DNA of 64,000 nt, from the NCBI GenBank assembly GCA_963972815.1, contig CAXAXS010000007.1, positions 11,675 through 75,674 on the forward strand, given 5' to 3'. The position numbers were made by a program, and so were the translations under genes. The stretch's first letter is position 1, and every line of letters starts with the position of its first letter. The notes beneath the pieces were generated by a model. That model was not told the origin of the DNA. It did no database searches and saw only the letters and a program-made list of their open reading frames with translations. Shown here piece after piece: positions 46,050 through 54,244 of the stretch. This DNA is from an uncultured Halobacteriovorax sp. (GTDB lineage: Bacteria; Bdellovibrionota; Bacteriovoracia; Bacteriovoracales; Bacteriovoracaceae).

Positions 46050-47636
46050 CTAGGCTGGAACCACCACCGTTTTCGTGTGAAGTTTATTTGCTCGACCAGA
46101 AGGGTCGGCATTATAATCCTGCCATTTTGGAATCCAGCGACTTACATTTTTAACCATGCCAGCGTGTCCAAAGAGGTCTTGAAATATTCCACGAAACAGA
46201 AAGGCTTCCTTTGTCATAGGCGTATTGTGAGGATAGAGCTCGCTTGCCTTGGCAAAGCTAATGTCATCAACGGTGCGTTCTCCCAGATCCTTGAGCATAT
46301 CAATCCACGAATAACCCACTCCGTCAGAAAATTGCTCTTTTTGACGCCAAAGAACTGAATCCGGAAGCCACTCTCCTTTTACAAAAGCGCTTCTGAGCAC
46401 GTCTTTTTCCATACGCACACCTGGTTTAATTTCTTTCAGCTTAGGGTCCACGTCCATGGCAACTTTTAAAAACTCTGGATCGAGAAAAGGAACTCGTGCT
46501 TCAACCGCCGCTCCCATAGTCGAGCGATCAGCACGAAGAACATCAGAAGTGTGAAGGCGCTTTACGCGTGAAACACATTCCTTATGGAACTCAACCGAAT
46601 CCGGTGCATGGGCAAAGTAGAGATATCCGCCAAAAATTTCGTCAGCTCCTTCGCCAGAAAGAACAACTTTGACGCCTTGGCGAGAGATTTCCTTACTCAT
46701 GAGATACATGGGAGTCGAGGCCCTAATCGTTGTTATATCGTAGGTCTCAGTTAACCAAATCAAATGTTCGATCGCCTTCATGCCTTCTTCGATGGTGGCC
46801 ACAACTTCCGTATGATCACTATCAATAAATGCTGCCACTTCACGGGCGCGAATAAGATCGGGTGAGTCGATATCAAAGCCCACACTAAAAGTTTTAAGGC
46901 GACGCCCTTTGGCCTTTAAAAGTCTCGCAGCAATGGCGCTAACCAGGGATGAGTCGAGTCCACCAGAGAGTAAGGCACCGACAGGCACATCACCCATTAA
47001 CCTTTTTTCTACCGAAGCAATTAGTGTATCTCTAAGTTTTGAGCCATCACTAGTTGGAATAATCGCATCATCAAACCATGTTGGTTTAAACCAGCGAACA
47101 AAACCTGTCTCTAGAGTAAACATATGTCCTGGTGGAAATTCTTCGATAGTTTCACAGTGCTCAAACAATGCTTTTTGTTCTGAACCAAACCATAGACCGC
47201 CTGTGGCATCGCGACCAACATACATTGGCTTAATACCAATCGCATCTCGAGCTGCGAAGATTTTTTTGCCATCGACAATGACAAAGGCAAAGTCACCGTC
47301 GATATGTTCTAAGACTTTCTCGCCGTAAGCTTCATAGCCGCGAAGAATGGCTTCGCTATCAGACTTAGTAGTAAAGACTGAGCCTAGTGTTGATCTTATA
47401 GATTCGTGATTCCAAATCTCTCCGTTATGGACTAGGGCAGCTCCTGAGCCGCTCACGATGGGCTGTTTGCCAGTGTGCAGATCGACGATGGCCAACCGCT
47501 GGTGAACAAGGACAGTGCCTTCAGAGGTGATGTGGTGAGCTTTCTCATCCGGACCTCGATGGGCCAAATGCTCAGCACTTTCAAGAATTTGTTCTAAACC
47601 AACTTTGCTACCTGTTACAACGACGAATCCGCACAT
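46050..47636 (-). CDS. asnB: asparagine synthase (glutamine-hydrolysing)
   Basis: The start is placed at the ATG at 47636 so that Cys2 (MCGF...) is the Ntn glutaminase nucleophile, with GGAGG 4-8 nt upstream. PP-loop LSGGLDSS. The ORF-track start at 47699 adds 21 unlikely residues. Confidence 0.9.
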   Translation of the reverse strand: MCGFVVVTGSKVGLEQILESAEHLAHRGPDEKAHHITSEGTVLVHQRLAIVDLHTGKQPIVSGSGAALVHNGEIWNHESIRSTLGSVFTTKSDSEAILRGYEAYGEKVLEHIDGDFAFVIVDGKKIFAARDAIGIKPMYVGRDATGGLWFGSEQKALFEHCETIEEFPPGHMFTLETGFVRWFKPTWFDDAIIPTSDGSKLRDTLIASVEKRLMGDVPVGALLSGGLDSSLVSAIAARLLKAKGRRLKTFSVGFDIDSPDLIRAREVAAFIDSDHTEVVATIEEGMKAIEHLIWLTETYDITTIRASTPMYLMSKEISRQGVKVVLSGEGADEIFGGYLYFAHAPDSVEFHKECVSRVKRLHTSDVLRADRSTMGAAVEARVPFLDPEFLKVAMDVDPKLKEIKPGVRMEKDVLRSAFVKGEWLPDSVLWRQKEQFSDGVGYSWIDMLKDLGERTVDDISFAKASELYPHNTPMTKEAFLFRGIFQDLFGHAGMVKNVSRWIPKWQDYNADPSGRANKLHTKTVVVPA

Positions 47637-47829
47637 AAGACCTCCATCTCTTGCCCTATCATTCAACATTTTCGTCTTTTTTTGAACAAAAAATAACAAC
47701 TAATGAGCAAGTTTTAAATATGTTCAATAAATATGAGTAAAAATAGAGTTACCTCAATCCAAGGGTCCTGAATCGAGACTGAGCTGAAAAATTTTTAGTT
47801 GGCCTAGGCAAAGACTGCGCTCAAACTGC

Positions 47830-48723
47830 CTAGTTCAAGAGCCGACTCGTTTCACTGGCGACGAATTTAATCTCTTCACGATCACAATTATTTTGTCCCA
47901 CGACGACGAGTCGATGAAGGCCTAGGTCCTTAACTGCCCTCTTCGATGACTTGAGTGACGTCACTTCAACCAGGTCTTCATTTCTTGAAGCTACCCTTTG
48001 GGGCAAAACAGAGGCGATCGAACCACTTGCTGTAGCTGCTCTTAAGGTCTCAAAACTGTCACTCAAGATAGTTGGCTTATCAAGTTTTAAGTTTTTGAGA
48101 AACTTTGAAAAATATCGAGGCAACCCATCACGGCCGGGCTCTAACGTTCCAAAGCCTAGCCTCTCTATCGTTGTCAAAGTAGCTGGAAGTGACCTCGAAA
48201 TATAGAGTCCAAGTCGGTCCTCGGCCACATCAATCGAATAAAAACGGTCTAGATTATCATTTTCGGTAATAAGCGCCGAACATAACTCCCCCTTTCTAAG
48301 CATCGTCAAAAGGTTTGAAGTTCGACTAATTTTTAGTCCAAGTCTCAAGTTAGGAAGCTTTAGCTTAAACGAGCTGATTAGTCCCGGCAGAATATTGATA
48401 GCAATGCTTTCATAGGTACCAAAGTTTATCCAACTCAACTCCGGTACAGGTTCACCATTAATATCTTTAAGTTTATCAAACGCTTCGAATGCAGGCTTTA
48501 CAATTTTCAAAATCGCTATGGCGTCTGGAGTGGGACGAACACTCCCCTTATCTCGTATCAAAAGTGGTCTACCAAATGATTGCTCCAAAGAAGTTATTGT
48601 TTGAGAAATAGCAGATGGCGTCACCTTGGCCTTTAGAGCTGCATGCTTTAGACTTCCGTGGCTAAGAACTAAGTCTAAAGTCCATAATTTCTTAATTTGG
48701 TCGACATTAAAATCTCTAGACAT
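47830..48723 (-). CDS. LysR family transcriptional regulator
   Basis: The ATG at 48723 follows GAGAGGG (the ORF track starts at a TTG at 48735). N-terminal wHTH (LVLSHGSLKHAALKAKVTPSAISQTITSLEQSFGRPLLIR) and a C-terminal substrate-binding fold. Divergent from the 48830 cluster. Confidence 0.8.
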   Translation of the reverse strand: MSRDFNVDQIKKLWTLDLVLSHGSLKHAALKAKVTPSAISQTITSLEQSFGRPLLIRDKGSVRPTPDAIAILKIVKPAFEAFDKLKDINGEPVPELSWINFGTYESIAINILPGLISSFKLKLPNLRLGLKISRTSNLLTMLRKGELCSALITENDNLDRFYSIDVAEDRLGLYISRSLPATLTTIERLGFGTLEPGRDGLPRYFSKFLKNLKLDKPTILSDSFETLRAATASGSIASVLPQRVASRNEDLVEVTSLKSSKRAVKDLGLHRLVVVGQNNCDREEIKFVASETSRLLN

Positions 48724-48737
48724 AAACCCTCTCAAGA

Positions 48738-48783
48738 TTAGCTGATCTAAACCTAGGATTAAGTAACACTAATCAATACTTAA
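48738..48783. promoter_or_regulatory. two inverted repeats in the LysR/YHS divergent intergenic region (candidate LysR operators)
   Basis: ttag-ctgat-ctaa (48738-48750, T-N11-A form) and the perfect 7-bp arms ttaagta-N11-tacttaa (48759-48783). The second is centred about 59 nt upstream of the ATG at 48830. Confidence 0.3.
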
Positions 48784-48829
48784 GGCAATTTTATCGTTAA
48801 AAATACTTATCACTAAAAAGGAGAAAGAG

Positions 48830-49321
48830 ATGAGTACGAAATGGAACAAAGCTTTAATATCAGGTTTTATAGCACTTACAATCTCATTGATGACATTTAC
48901 CACCAGCGCTGAAACATTTAGGAACACCGAGCGCTATAACCTAGAAAACGGTGTGTCTCTTAAGGGCTTCGACCCTGTCTCCTACTTCCCTGAAGGGGGA
49001 TCAAACCCACAAGAAGGGAGTGAGGAATTTGCGCTCGAGTATAAAGGAGTGGTCTACAATTTCGCTTCACAAAGTAATCAGGATCAATTCCTATCAAACC
49101 CGAGTAGATACGAACCGACTTATGGTGGCTGGTGCGCTTACGCTATGGCATCGGGCGCACAAGTTGATATTCGGCCACAGTTTTTCTCAATCAATGGCAA
49201 TCGACTACATTTCTTTGTTAGCTCAAGAGCGAAAAGGAATTTCGACAGAGAAGTTGAGGATCATGAAAATCGTGCAGATCAGTTTTGGAAACAAATTTCT
49301 GGCGAAGAACCAAGAAACTAA
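48830..49321 (+). CDS. YHS-domain-containing periplasmic protein
   Basis: 163 aa. Signal/TM segment LISGFIALTISLMTFTTSA. GFDPVSYF ... YNFASQSNQDQFLSNPSRYEPTYGGWCAYAMA matches the YHS family as I recall it. Confidence 0.7.
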   Translation: MSTKWNKALISGFIALTISLMTFTTSAETFRNTERYNLENGVSLKGFDPVSYFPEGGSNPQEGSEEFALEYKGVVYNFASQSNQDQFLSNPSRYEPTYGGWCAYAMASGAQVDIRPQFFSINGNRLHFFVSSRAKRNFDREVEDHENRADQFWKQISGEEPRN

Positions 49322-49350
49322 TCTTGTAAAAAGTTCCGCAGGAGTTAGAA

Positions 49351-50007
49351 ATGTACATTGTTAATATTTTGATACTTTTAGCACTAGCTTCTTGCGGAAA
49401 CTATAGCGAAAGCTCAGGTTTCAACGAAGAAAATTTTAGTAGAGACCTTAGTGAAAGGGTAACTTTTGACATTATTAAAAAAAATATACTCACCCCACAT
49501 TGTATAAGTTGTCACCAACAGTACGCAAACTACGAAAGCGTAGCTTCAGGAATTTCATCAATTTCTAATGCTGTGATTTCAAATCGGATGCCCAAGAACG
49601 CGCCTGTTTTAAGCAATGGGAAAAAGAGTCTGCTTGAGGCTTGGATTATTGCTGGATTGCCACGGGAAATAGGTCAGCCTCCCTCCCCGCCAGTCGATCC
49701 TAAGCTTGAGGCTACATGGGTTTCACTCTCTACAAAGGTTTTTTATCCAAAATGTCTCGCCTGTCACAACCCACAAGGTCAGGCAAAGTTTTTAGACCTA
49801 TCTACGAGACAAGCTTTTTTTTCGCAGAGAAACCGAGACTTTGGCGGGGAGACGCTAATTAACTTTGAACAACCTGAACAAAGTTATTTGATCAGCGTTA
49901 TCACGGACCCACAAGAGCCAATGCCACCGACGTGGTCAAATATCGAGCTCTTAAGCGAAGATGAAATTAACACCATAACGGAGTGGATCACACAGGGTCT
50001 ACCATAG
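49351..50007 (+). CDS. di-haem c-type cytochrome lipoprotein (two PSCyt1-like modules)
   Basis: 218 aa. Lipobox LALASC. Two CxxCH motifs, CISCH (49501-49515) and CLACH (49753-49767). Each is followed by ...MP... and ends in W-I-x-x-G-L-P (EAWIIAGLP, TEWITQGLP). Confidence 0.7.
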   Translation: MYIVNILILLALASCGNYSESSGFNEENFSRDLSERVTFDIIKKNILTPHCISCHQQYANYESVASGISSISNAVISNRMPKNAPVLSNGKKSLLEAWIIAGLPREIGQPPSPPVDPKLEATWVSLSTKVFYPKCLACHNPQGQAKFLDLSTRQAFFSQRNRDFGGETLINFEQPEQSYLISVITDPQEPMPPTWSNIELLSEDEINTITEWITQGLP

Positions 50008-50015
50008 GAACAAAA

Positions 50016-50543
50016 ATGAAAAAACTTATATCCATAATTCTATTCTATTCGCTTACCTCAAATGCAAACGTCTTTGTAGTAGATCAGGGAGATATTGAAT
50101 TTAAGGCAAAAGGTAAACCAGCACTTATAAGCATCAATGGTAAATCAGATCACTTAACAGGGAAACTTACAGAAACTGATAATGGCTTTAGTGGTGAATT
50201 TGACCTTGATCTAAATCACCTTTCAACAGGAATAGAGCTTAGAGATGAACATTTGAAAAAAACGTACCTTAAAGTAGATCAATACCCACAAGCAAAACTT
50301 CAGTTTTCAAACTTAAAGGTCTTAAAAAACCAAGAGATAGATTTTGTTGCAAGCCTAACGCTTCATGGGCAAACAAAAGAGATAAATGGAAATGCAATCG
50401 TCTCTGATAAAAATACGATCAACGCAGAATTTATAATCAACCTTGCTGATTTTAGTATTGATATTCCAAGTTTTAAAGGAATAACAGTTGCAAAGGATGT
50501 GAAAATTGAGGTCAACGCAAGCCTAAAAGAGATGATAAAATGA
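50016..50543 (+). CDS. YceI-like periplasmic protein
   Basis: The ATG at 50016 gives signal peptide MKKLISIILFYSLTSNA. FKAKGKPALISINGK ... LSTGIELRDEHLK..YL.VDQYPQAKL ... HGQTKEI is the YceI pattern. Confidence 0.7.
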   Translation: MKKLISIILFYSLTSNANVFVVDQGDIEFKAKGKPALISINGKSDHLTGKLTETDNGFSGEFDLDLNHLSTGIELRDEHLKKTYLKVDQYPQAKLQFSNLKVLKNQEIDFVASLTLHGQTKEINGNAIVSDKNTINAEFIINLADFSIDIPSFKGITVAKDVKIEVNASLKEMIK

Positions 50544-51631
50544 GATTTGTACTACTCGTTTTATTGCTGCCAAGCTTGGCTCAAGCTTATGTGGAGAATA
50601 TTACCCATGGCTATGTCAACTGCATGGCCTGCCACATTTCACAAAGTGGAGGCGGAGTTCTGACAGATTATGGCAGATCTTTGTCTAAGGAACTCATGAG
50701 CACCTGGCAAGGATGGAATGGGATTGAAAAGCCATTATTTGGAGCGATCGAAAATAGCGAAAAGATTAAAATTGGTGGCAATATTCGATCGATTCAAACA
50801 CATTTAAAAAATGATTCCTTTAAACAGGGTCAAGCATTTATCATGCAGCAGAATATAGAAGTGGCCGCTCAATATATGCAATTATGGGTTGTGGCAACAG
50901 TTGGTCTTCAGGGAGGACCGAGCAGCTCTGCGACAAAGAATGATATCATCTCTGAACGCCATTATATAAGTTACGACGTGAACGAAGAGTCACGACTCAG
51001 GGTTGGCAAGTTTAGAAGAAATTTCGGTCTAAACGACCCAGCTCATACTAGACTTACTAAATCTCCACTAGGCTTTGGATCAAACTCAGAAACATATCAA
51101 CTCGAGTTTTCAAAATTTAGTGAACAGGATGAAATTTTCATAGCAACTGATTTAGGTGATATCAATGATCCTAAGTCTAAAGAGAGTGAAAAATCATTTC
51201 TGATTAATTATGCTCGATATATTGGTTCTGATTCAAAAGTAGGGGTCAACTATCTATATGGTGAGACCGGAAATAATCGACGCAACCTCTTTGGACTCTA
51301 TAGTGTCTGGAAACTACCGTTTGAAATGTTTTTCAAGGGCGAAGCAGACTATCAACAACTACTAAGCGCTGACGAAACAATACATCTTATGGCCTCAACA
51401 TTAACTCTTGGCTACCAGGGTTTTAAGGGTTTCACTCCTTATCTCGTAAGCGATTTTGTACAAAGAGACTTAAGTAAGCACAATACGAGAACCAGTCTTT
51501 TAGGAATTGGGACTCAATGGCTACCTCTTGCACATATTGAGTTTCAAGTTGAAATTCAAAAACGTATCGACAGGACTCCGAGGCGAATTGCTAGCAATAT
51601 TGCTTGGATGATGTTTCATTTTTATTTGTGA
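50540..51631 (+). CDS. hypothetical secreted beta-barrel-like protein with N-terminal CxxCH haem-binding motif
   Basis: 363 aa, ATGA overlap with the yceI-like gene. Signal peptide MRFVLLVLLLPSLAQA, then CMACH at 50621-50635. The remaining ~320 aa show alternating amphipathic strands and an aromatic terminus MMFHFYL. Confidence 0.55.
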   Translation: MRFVLLVLLLPSLAQAYVENITHGYVNCMACHISQSGGGVLTDYGRSLSKELMSTWQGWNGIEKPLFGAIENSEKIKIGGNIRSIQTHLKNDSFKQGQAFIMQQNIEVAAQYMQLWVVATVGLQGGPSSSATKNDIISERHYISYDVNEESRLRVGKFRRNFGLNDPAHTRLTKSPLGFGSNSETYQLEFSKFSEQDEIFIATDLGDINDPKSKESEKSFLINYARYIGSDSKVGVNYLYGETGNNRRNLFGLYSVWKLPFEMFFKGEADYQQLLSADETIHLMASTLTLGYQGFKGFTPYLVSDFVQRDLSKHNTRTSLLGIGTQWLPLAHIEFQVEIQKRIDRTPRRIASNIAWMMFHFYL

Positions 51632-51637
51632 GGCTCT

Positions 51638-52231
51638 ATGAATGAACAACTTGAAGCTAGCACTAATTTTTATCAGTCGATGTCTATGCGCCGATCAATT
51701 AGAAATTTTAGTCGTAAGAAAGTTTCTAAGAAAATTCTAATCAATGCTATCAAAACGGCTGCCACCGCACCAAGTGGTGCTAATAAACAACCCTGGCATT
51801 TTGCCATTGTTAACAAACAAGAAATTAAGGATGAAATTAGAAGAGCTGCTGAGGAAGTTGAAAGAGACTTCTATCAACGAAGAGCATCGAATATTTGGCT
51901 GGAGGATTTAAAACCCTTTAAAACCGGACCGATAAAACCATATTTAAGTCAGGCAAGTTCTTTGATCGTCGTTTTTACGAGAACCGAACAAAGCTATTAC
52001 CCTATTGAATCAACAGGAATTGCAGTTGGATTTTTACTAGCTTCTCTGCATCAATCGGGGCTCGCAACTTTAACTCATACACCCAAGCCTATGACTTTTC
52101 TTAACAGCAAGCTTGGTCTAGACAAGACCTATAGACCTTATATGATTATTGTCGCAGGGTATGCGCAAAAAAGTATAGAACTACCCTTGATAACTAAAAA
52201 ACCACTCTGTGAGATCTTGAGTCTTCATTGA
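51638..52231 (+). CDS. iodotyrosine deiodinase (IYD)-type flavin nitroreductase-superfamily protein
   Basis: 197 aa. Collinear with my recollection of human IYD: RRSIRNFS / RRSVRFIS; TAATAPSGANKQPWHFAIV / TAGTAPSGAHTEPWTFVVV; E-x3-Y (EVERDFY / EEEINY); DLKPFK..IKPYL / DLKKLR..IKEYL; LITKKPL / DLKRKPL. Confidence 0.75.
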   Translation: MNEQLEASTNFYQSMSMRRSIRNFSRKKVSKKILINAIKTAATAPSGANKQPWHFAIVNKQEIKDEIRRAAEEVERDFYQRRASNIWLEDLKPFKTGPIKPYLSQASSLIVVFTRTEQSYYPIESTGIAVGFLLASLHQSGLATLTHTPKPMTFLNSKLGLDKTYRPYMIIVAGYAQKSIELPLITKKPLCEILSLH

Positions 52232-52250
52232 AGACTAGCTATTATCAGAT

Positions 52251-52868
52251 ATGCCACTAAGTGAAAATAAACAATTCTGGGAGCAAGCTTGGGCCGATGG
52301 CCGCACGCGCTTTCATCGTCCAGATCCAAACGCAGGCCTCATCAAATATGCGCAGACCATCTTTGATTCAGGAGATCGCGTTTTAGTCCCATTATGTGGC
52401 AAAAGCGTTGATATGCTATGGCTAAGTGAACGTGGCTTTGGGGTCAGTGGCGTTGAAGTTGCCAGGCTGCCAATTGATGAATTCATTAGTGAGAATAATC
52501 TAGATGGCACATGGAGTGATCACTCTTATCAAGTTAAAGGTCAGCGCATTAGTATCTTTCATCAGGATTTTTTTAATCACGATGGTCGCTACGAAGCCAT
52601 CTACGATCGCGCTTGTCTCGTTGCTCTCGCGGCCCCTTTAAGAGTAAGAATGGCCGAACGCTATAAAGCCTTACTCAAGCCAAACGGTCGAATTCTACTC
52701 ATTACGTTAAAGCATCCCACCGCTGATGGCCCGCCCTTTAGTATATCAGATGAAGAGATTAACAGACTGTTTGCTAAAGATTTTTCAATCGAACTACTCG
52801 AGATTGCAAGTGCTCCTGTTGACGAGAGAACGATTGAGATTAGAAAGCTGGAATTGCTATGTCCCTAG
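52251..52868 (+). CDS. tpm: thiopurine S-methyltransferase (TPMT) family SAM-dependent methyltransferase
   Basis: 205 aa. FWEQAWADGRTRFH ... RVLVPLCGKSVDMLWLSERGFGVSGVEV... is the TPMT family signature. Confidence 0.8.
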   Translation: MPLSENKQFWEQAWADGRTRFHRPDPNAGLIKYAQTIFDSGDRVLVPLCGKSVDMLWLSERGFGVSGVEVARLPIDEFISENNLDGTWSDHSYQVKGQRISIFHQDFFNHDGRYEAIYDRACLVALAAPLRVRMAERYKALLKPNGRILLITLKHPTADGPPFSISDEEINRLFAKDFSIELLEIASAPVDERTIEIRKLELLCP

Positions 52869-53479
52869 TCATTGGCCTGATCACTGGCTTTCTTATGTGT
52901 ATTCCCATTGGCCCTATCAATGTTTGGGTTATCAACACACGCATCAAAAAAAATGCCGCCACAGCATTAGCAATCGCTCTAGGTGGGTCACTTATGGATC
53001 TTGCCTATTTTTATACCATCCTTTCTGGTCTTTCCTTTTTTGAGTTCACCCAGACCTCAGGTTTCTACTTCAAACTCATTGGTATTCTTGTCATCCTTGT
53101 TATGGGAGTTAAAGAGCTCATGGCCAAAGGTGATATCGAAATTGCACAGGGAGAAAAGGTCACCAACAAGGGGCTCATGGCCGGTTTTATGACAGGAGTG
53201 TTGATCTATACTTCTAATCCAACGCTTATTCTTACCATGACCGGACTTGGTGCATTTATTAAGAGCCTGGAAATATTTGAGTTCAATCAACTTAATATTG
53301 TCCTTTGCGCTCTAGGACTTAGTATAGGCTCATTTTTGTGGTTTGTCCTTCTAGTCAAAGTAGTCGATCGTTATCAAGAAAAAATCCGAGAAAAATACTT
53401 AGAACTATTTAGCCGCACCAGTGGAATCCTTATGGTCGCCCTAAGTATGTATATGGGTTACAAGTTAGCAACTCTATAG
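52859..53479 (+). CDS. LysE family translocator (amino-acid/metabolite exporter)
   Basis: 206 aa. Six hydrophobic helices and an N-terminal GPINVWVIN-type motif, as in LysE/RhtB proteins. 10-nt overlap with the TPMT gene. Confidence 0.65.
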   Translation: MSLVIGLITGFLMCIPIGPINVWVINTRIKKNAATALAIALGGSLMDLAYFYTILSGLSFFEFTQTSGFYFKLIGILVILVMGVKELMAKGDIEIAQGEKVTNKGLMAGFMTGVLIYTSNPTLILTMTGLGAFIKSLEIFEFNQLNIVLCALGLSIGSFLWFVLLVKVVDRYQEKIREKYLELFSRTSGILMVALSMYMGYKLATL

Positions 53480-53547
53480 CTGAACCTAGGTTAATTAGAA
53501 AAATCTAAATATGCCCTACTCTTTATGAAACTAACCAAAGGTGTTTC

Positions 53548-54210
53548 ATGAAGATTATCCTTATAAGCCTAGTTCTACTTTCCGGCATGGCTCATTCATT
53601 CGAGATAGACCCCACTCGCTTTGACACTCTCCCTGATAAAGCAAAAGAAGTCGTCCTAGACGCAATCGTTGATTTTCCTGATCGAAGACCAAGTGTTGGC
53701 GATCAAGTACCCGATGATTTCTCCATGATGATGACAATTGAAAGACTAAAGCAACCACTTGATCAAGTTTGGGCTGCCTACACAAGTGTGGCCCCTGCTA
53801 TTGTTTGGTCGGGACCTAGAGTTAATTACGCCATGGCGATTGATCGCGATACCCAACAAGTCTATTATCCCGATGAAACTTCACCCAGGTTTAAAGAACG
53901 ACTCATGTTTATGAATTATCTTAATTTCGTGGGCAAATACATGGTCATAGGTCTTGAAGTGACAAAGATCGATCATGTAAAAAAAGAAATTGAGATCGCT
54001 TACCTCGAAGGTAATGCTTCTAGAGGAAAACAGATTCTAAAATTCAAAGCTAGTAAAAATGGAACTCAAATTAATCATATCAGTCTGTACCAAAGTGATT
54101 CTTGGTTTAGAGATCTAGTGGTTTATCCGTTTTTTCACCGCTTAACCACGGGTGAGCATCATAAGCGTATGAAACGAATGATTTTAGAGAATAAAAAAAG
54201 CCCGCTATAA
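53548..54210 (+). CDS. hypothetical secreted protein
   Basis: 220 aa. Signal peptide MKIILISLVLLSGMAHS. No family recognised. Last gene before the terminator. Confidence 0.5.
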   Translation: MKIILISLVLLSGMAHSFEIDPTRFDTLPDKAKEVVLDAIVDFPDRRPSVGDQVPDDFSMMMTIERLKQPLDQVWAAYTSVAPAIVWSGPRVNYAMAIDRDTQQVYYPDETSPRFKERLMFMNYLNFVGKYMVIGLEVTKIDHVKKEIEIAYLEGNASRGKQILKFKASKNGTQINHISLYQSDSWFRDLVVYPFFHRLTTGEHHKRMKRMILENKKSPL

Positions 54211-54220
54211 AAGCGGGCTT
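54193..54220. terminator. terminator hairpin between convergent genes
   Basis: Stem aagcccgc / gcgggctt with a 7-nt loop. On the minus strand it is followed by an uninterrupted T run, making it a strong terminator for the S8 gene that ends at 54245. It overlaps the stop of the plus-strand gene, where only a weak T tract follows. Confidence 0.7.
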
Positions 54221-54244
54221 CATTTCAAAAACTTTTAAACTGAA

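Noticed and set aside
47637-47699. 21-codon N-terminal extension of asnB in the ORF track
   Set aside because: Class II glutamine amidotransferases need Cys as the first residue after Met removal. ATG-TGC at 47636 has a GGAGG SD, and the extension would bury the nucleophile.
48830-51631. Interpreting the YHS, cytochrome, YceI and barrel genes as a copper-resistance operon
   Set aside because: YHS domains are sometimes linked to copper ATPases. No P-type ATPase, multicopper oxidase, CusCBA or CopC/D genes are present, and no Met/His-rich metal motifs are visible, so a specific copper assignment is unsupported.
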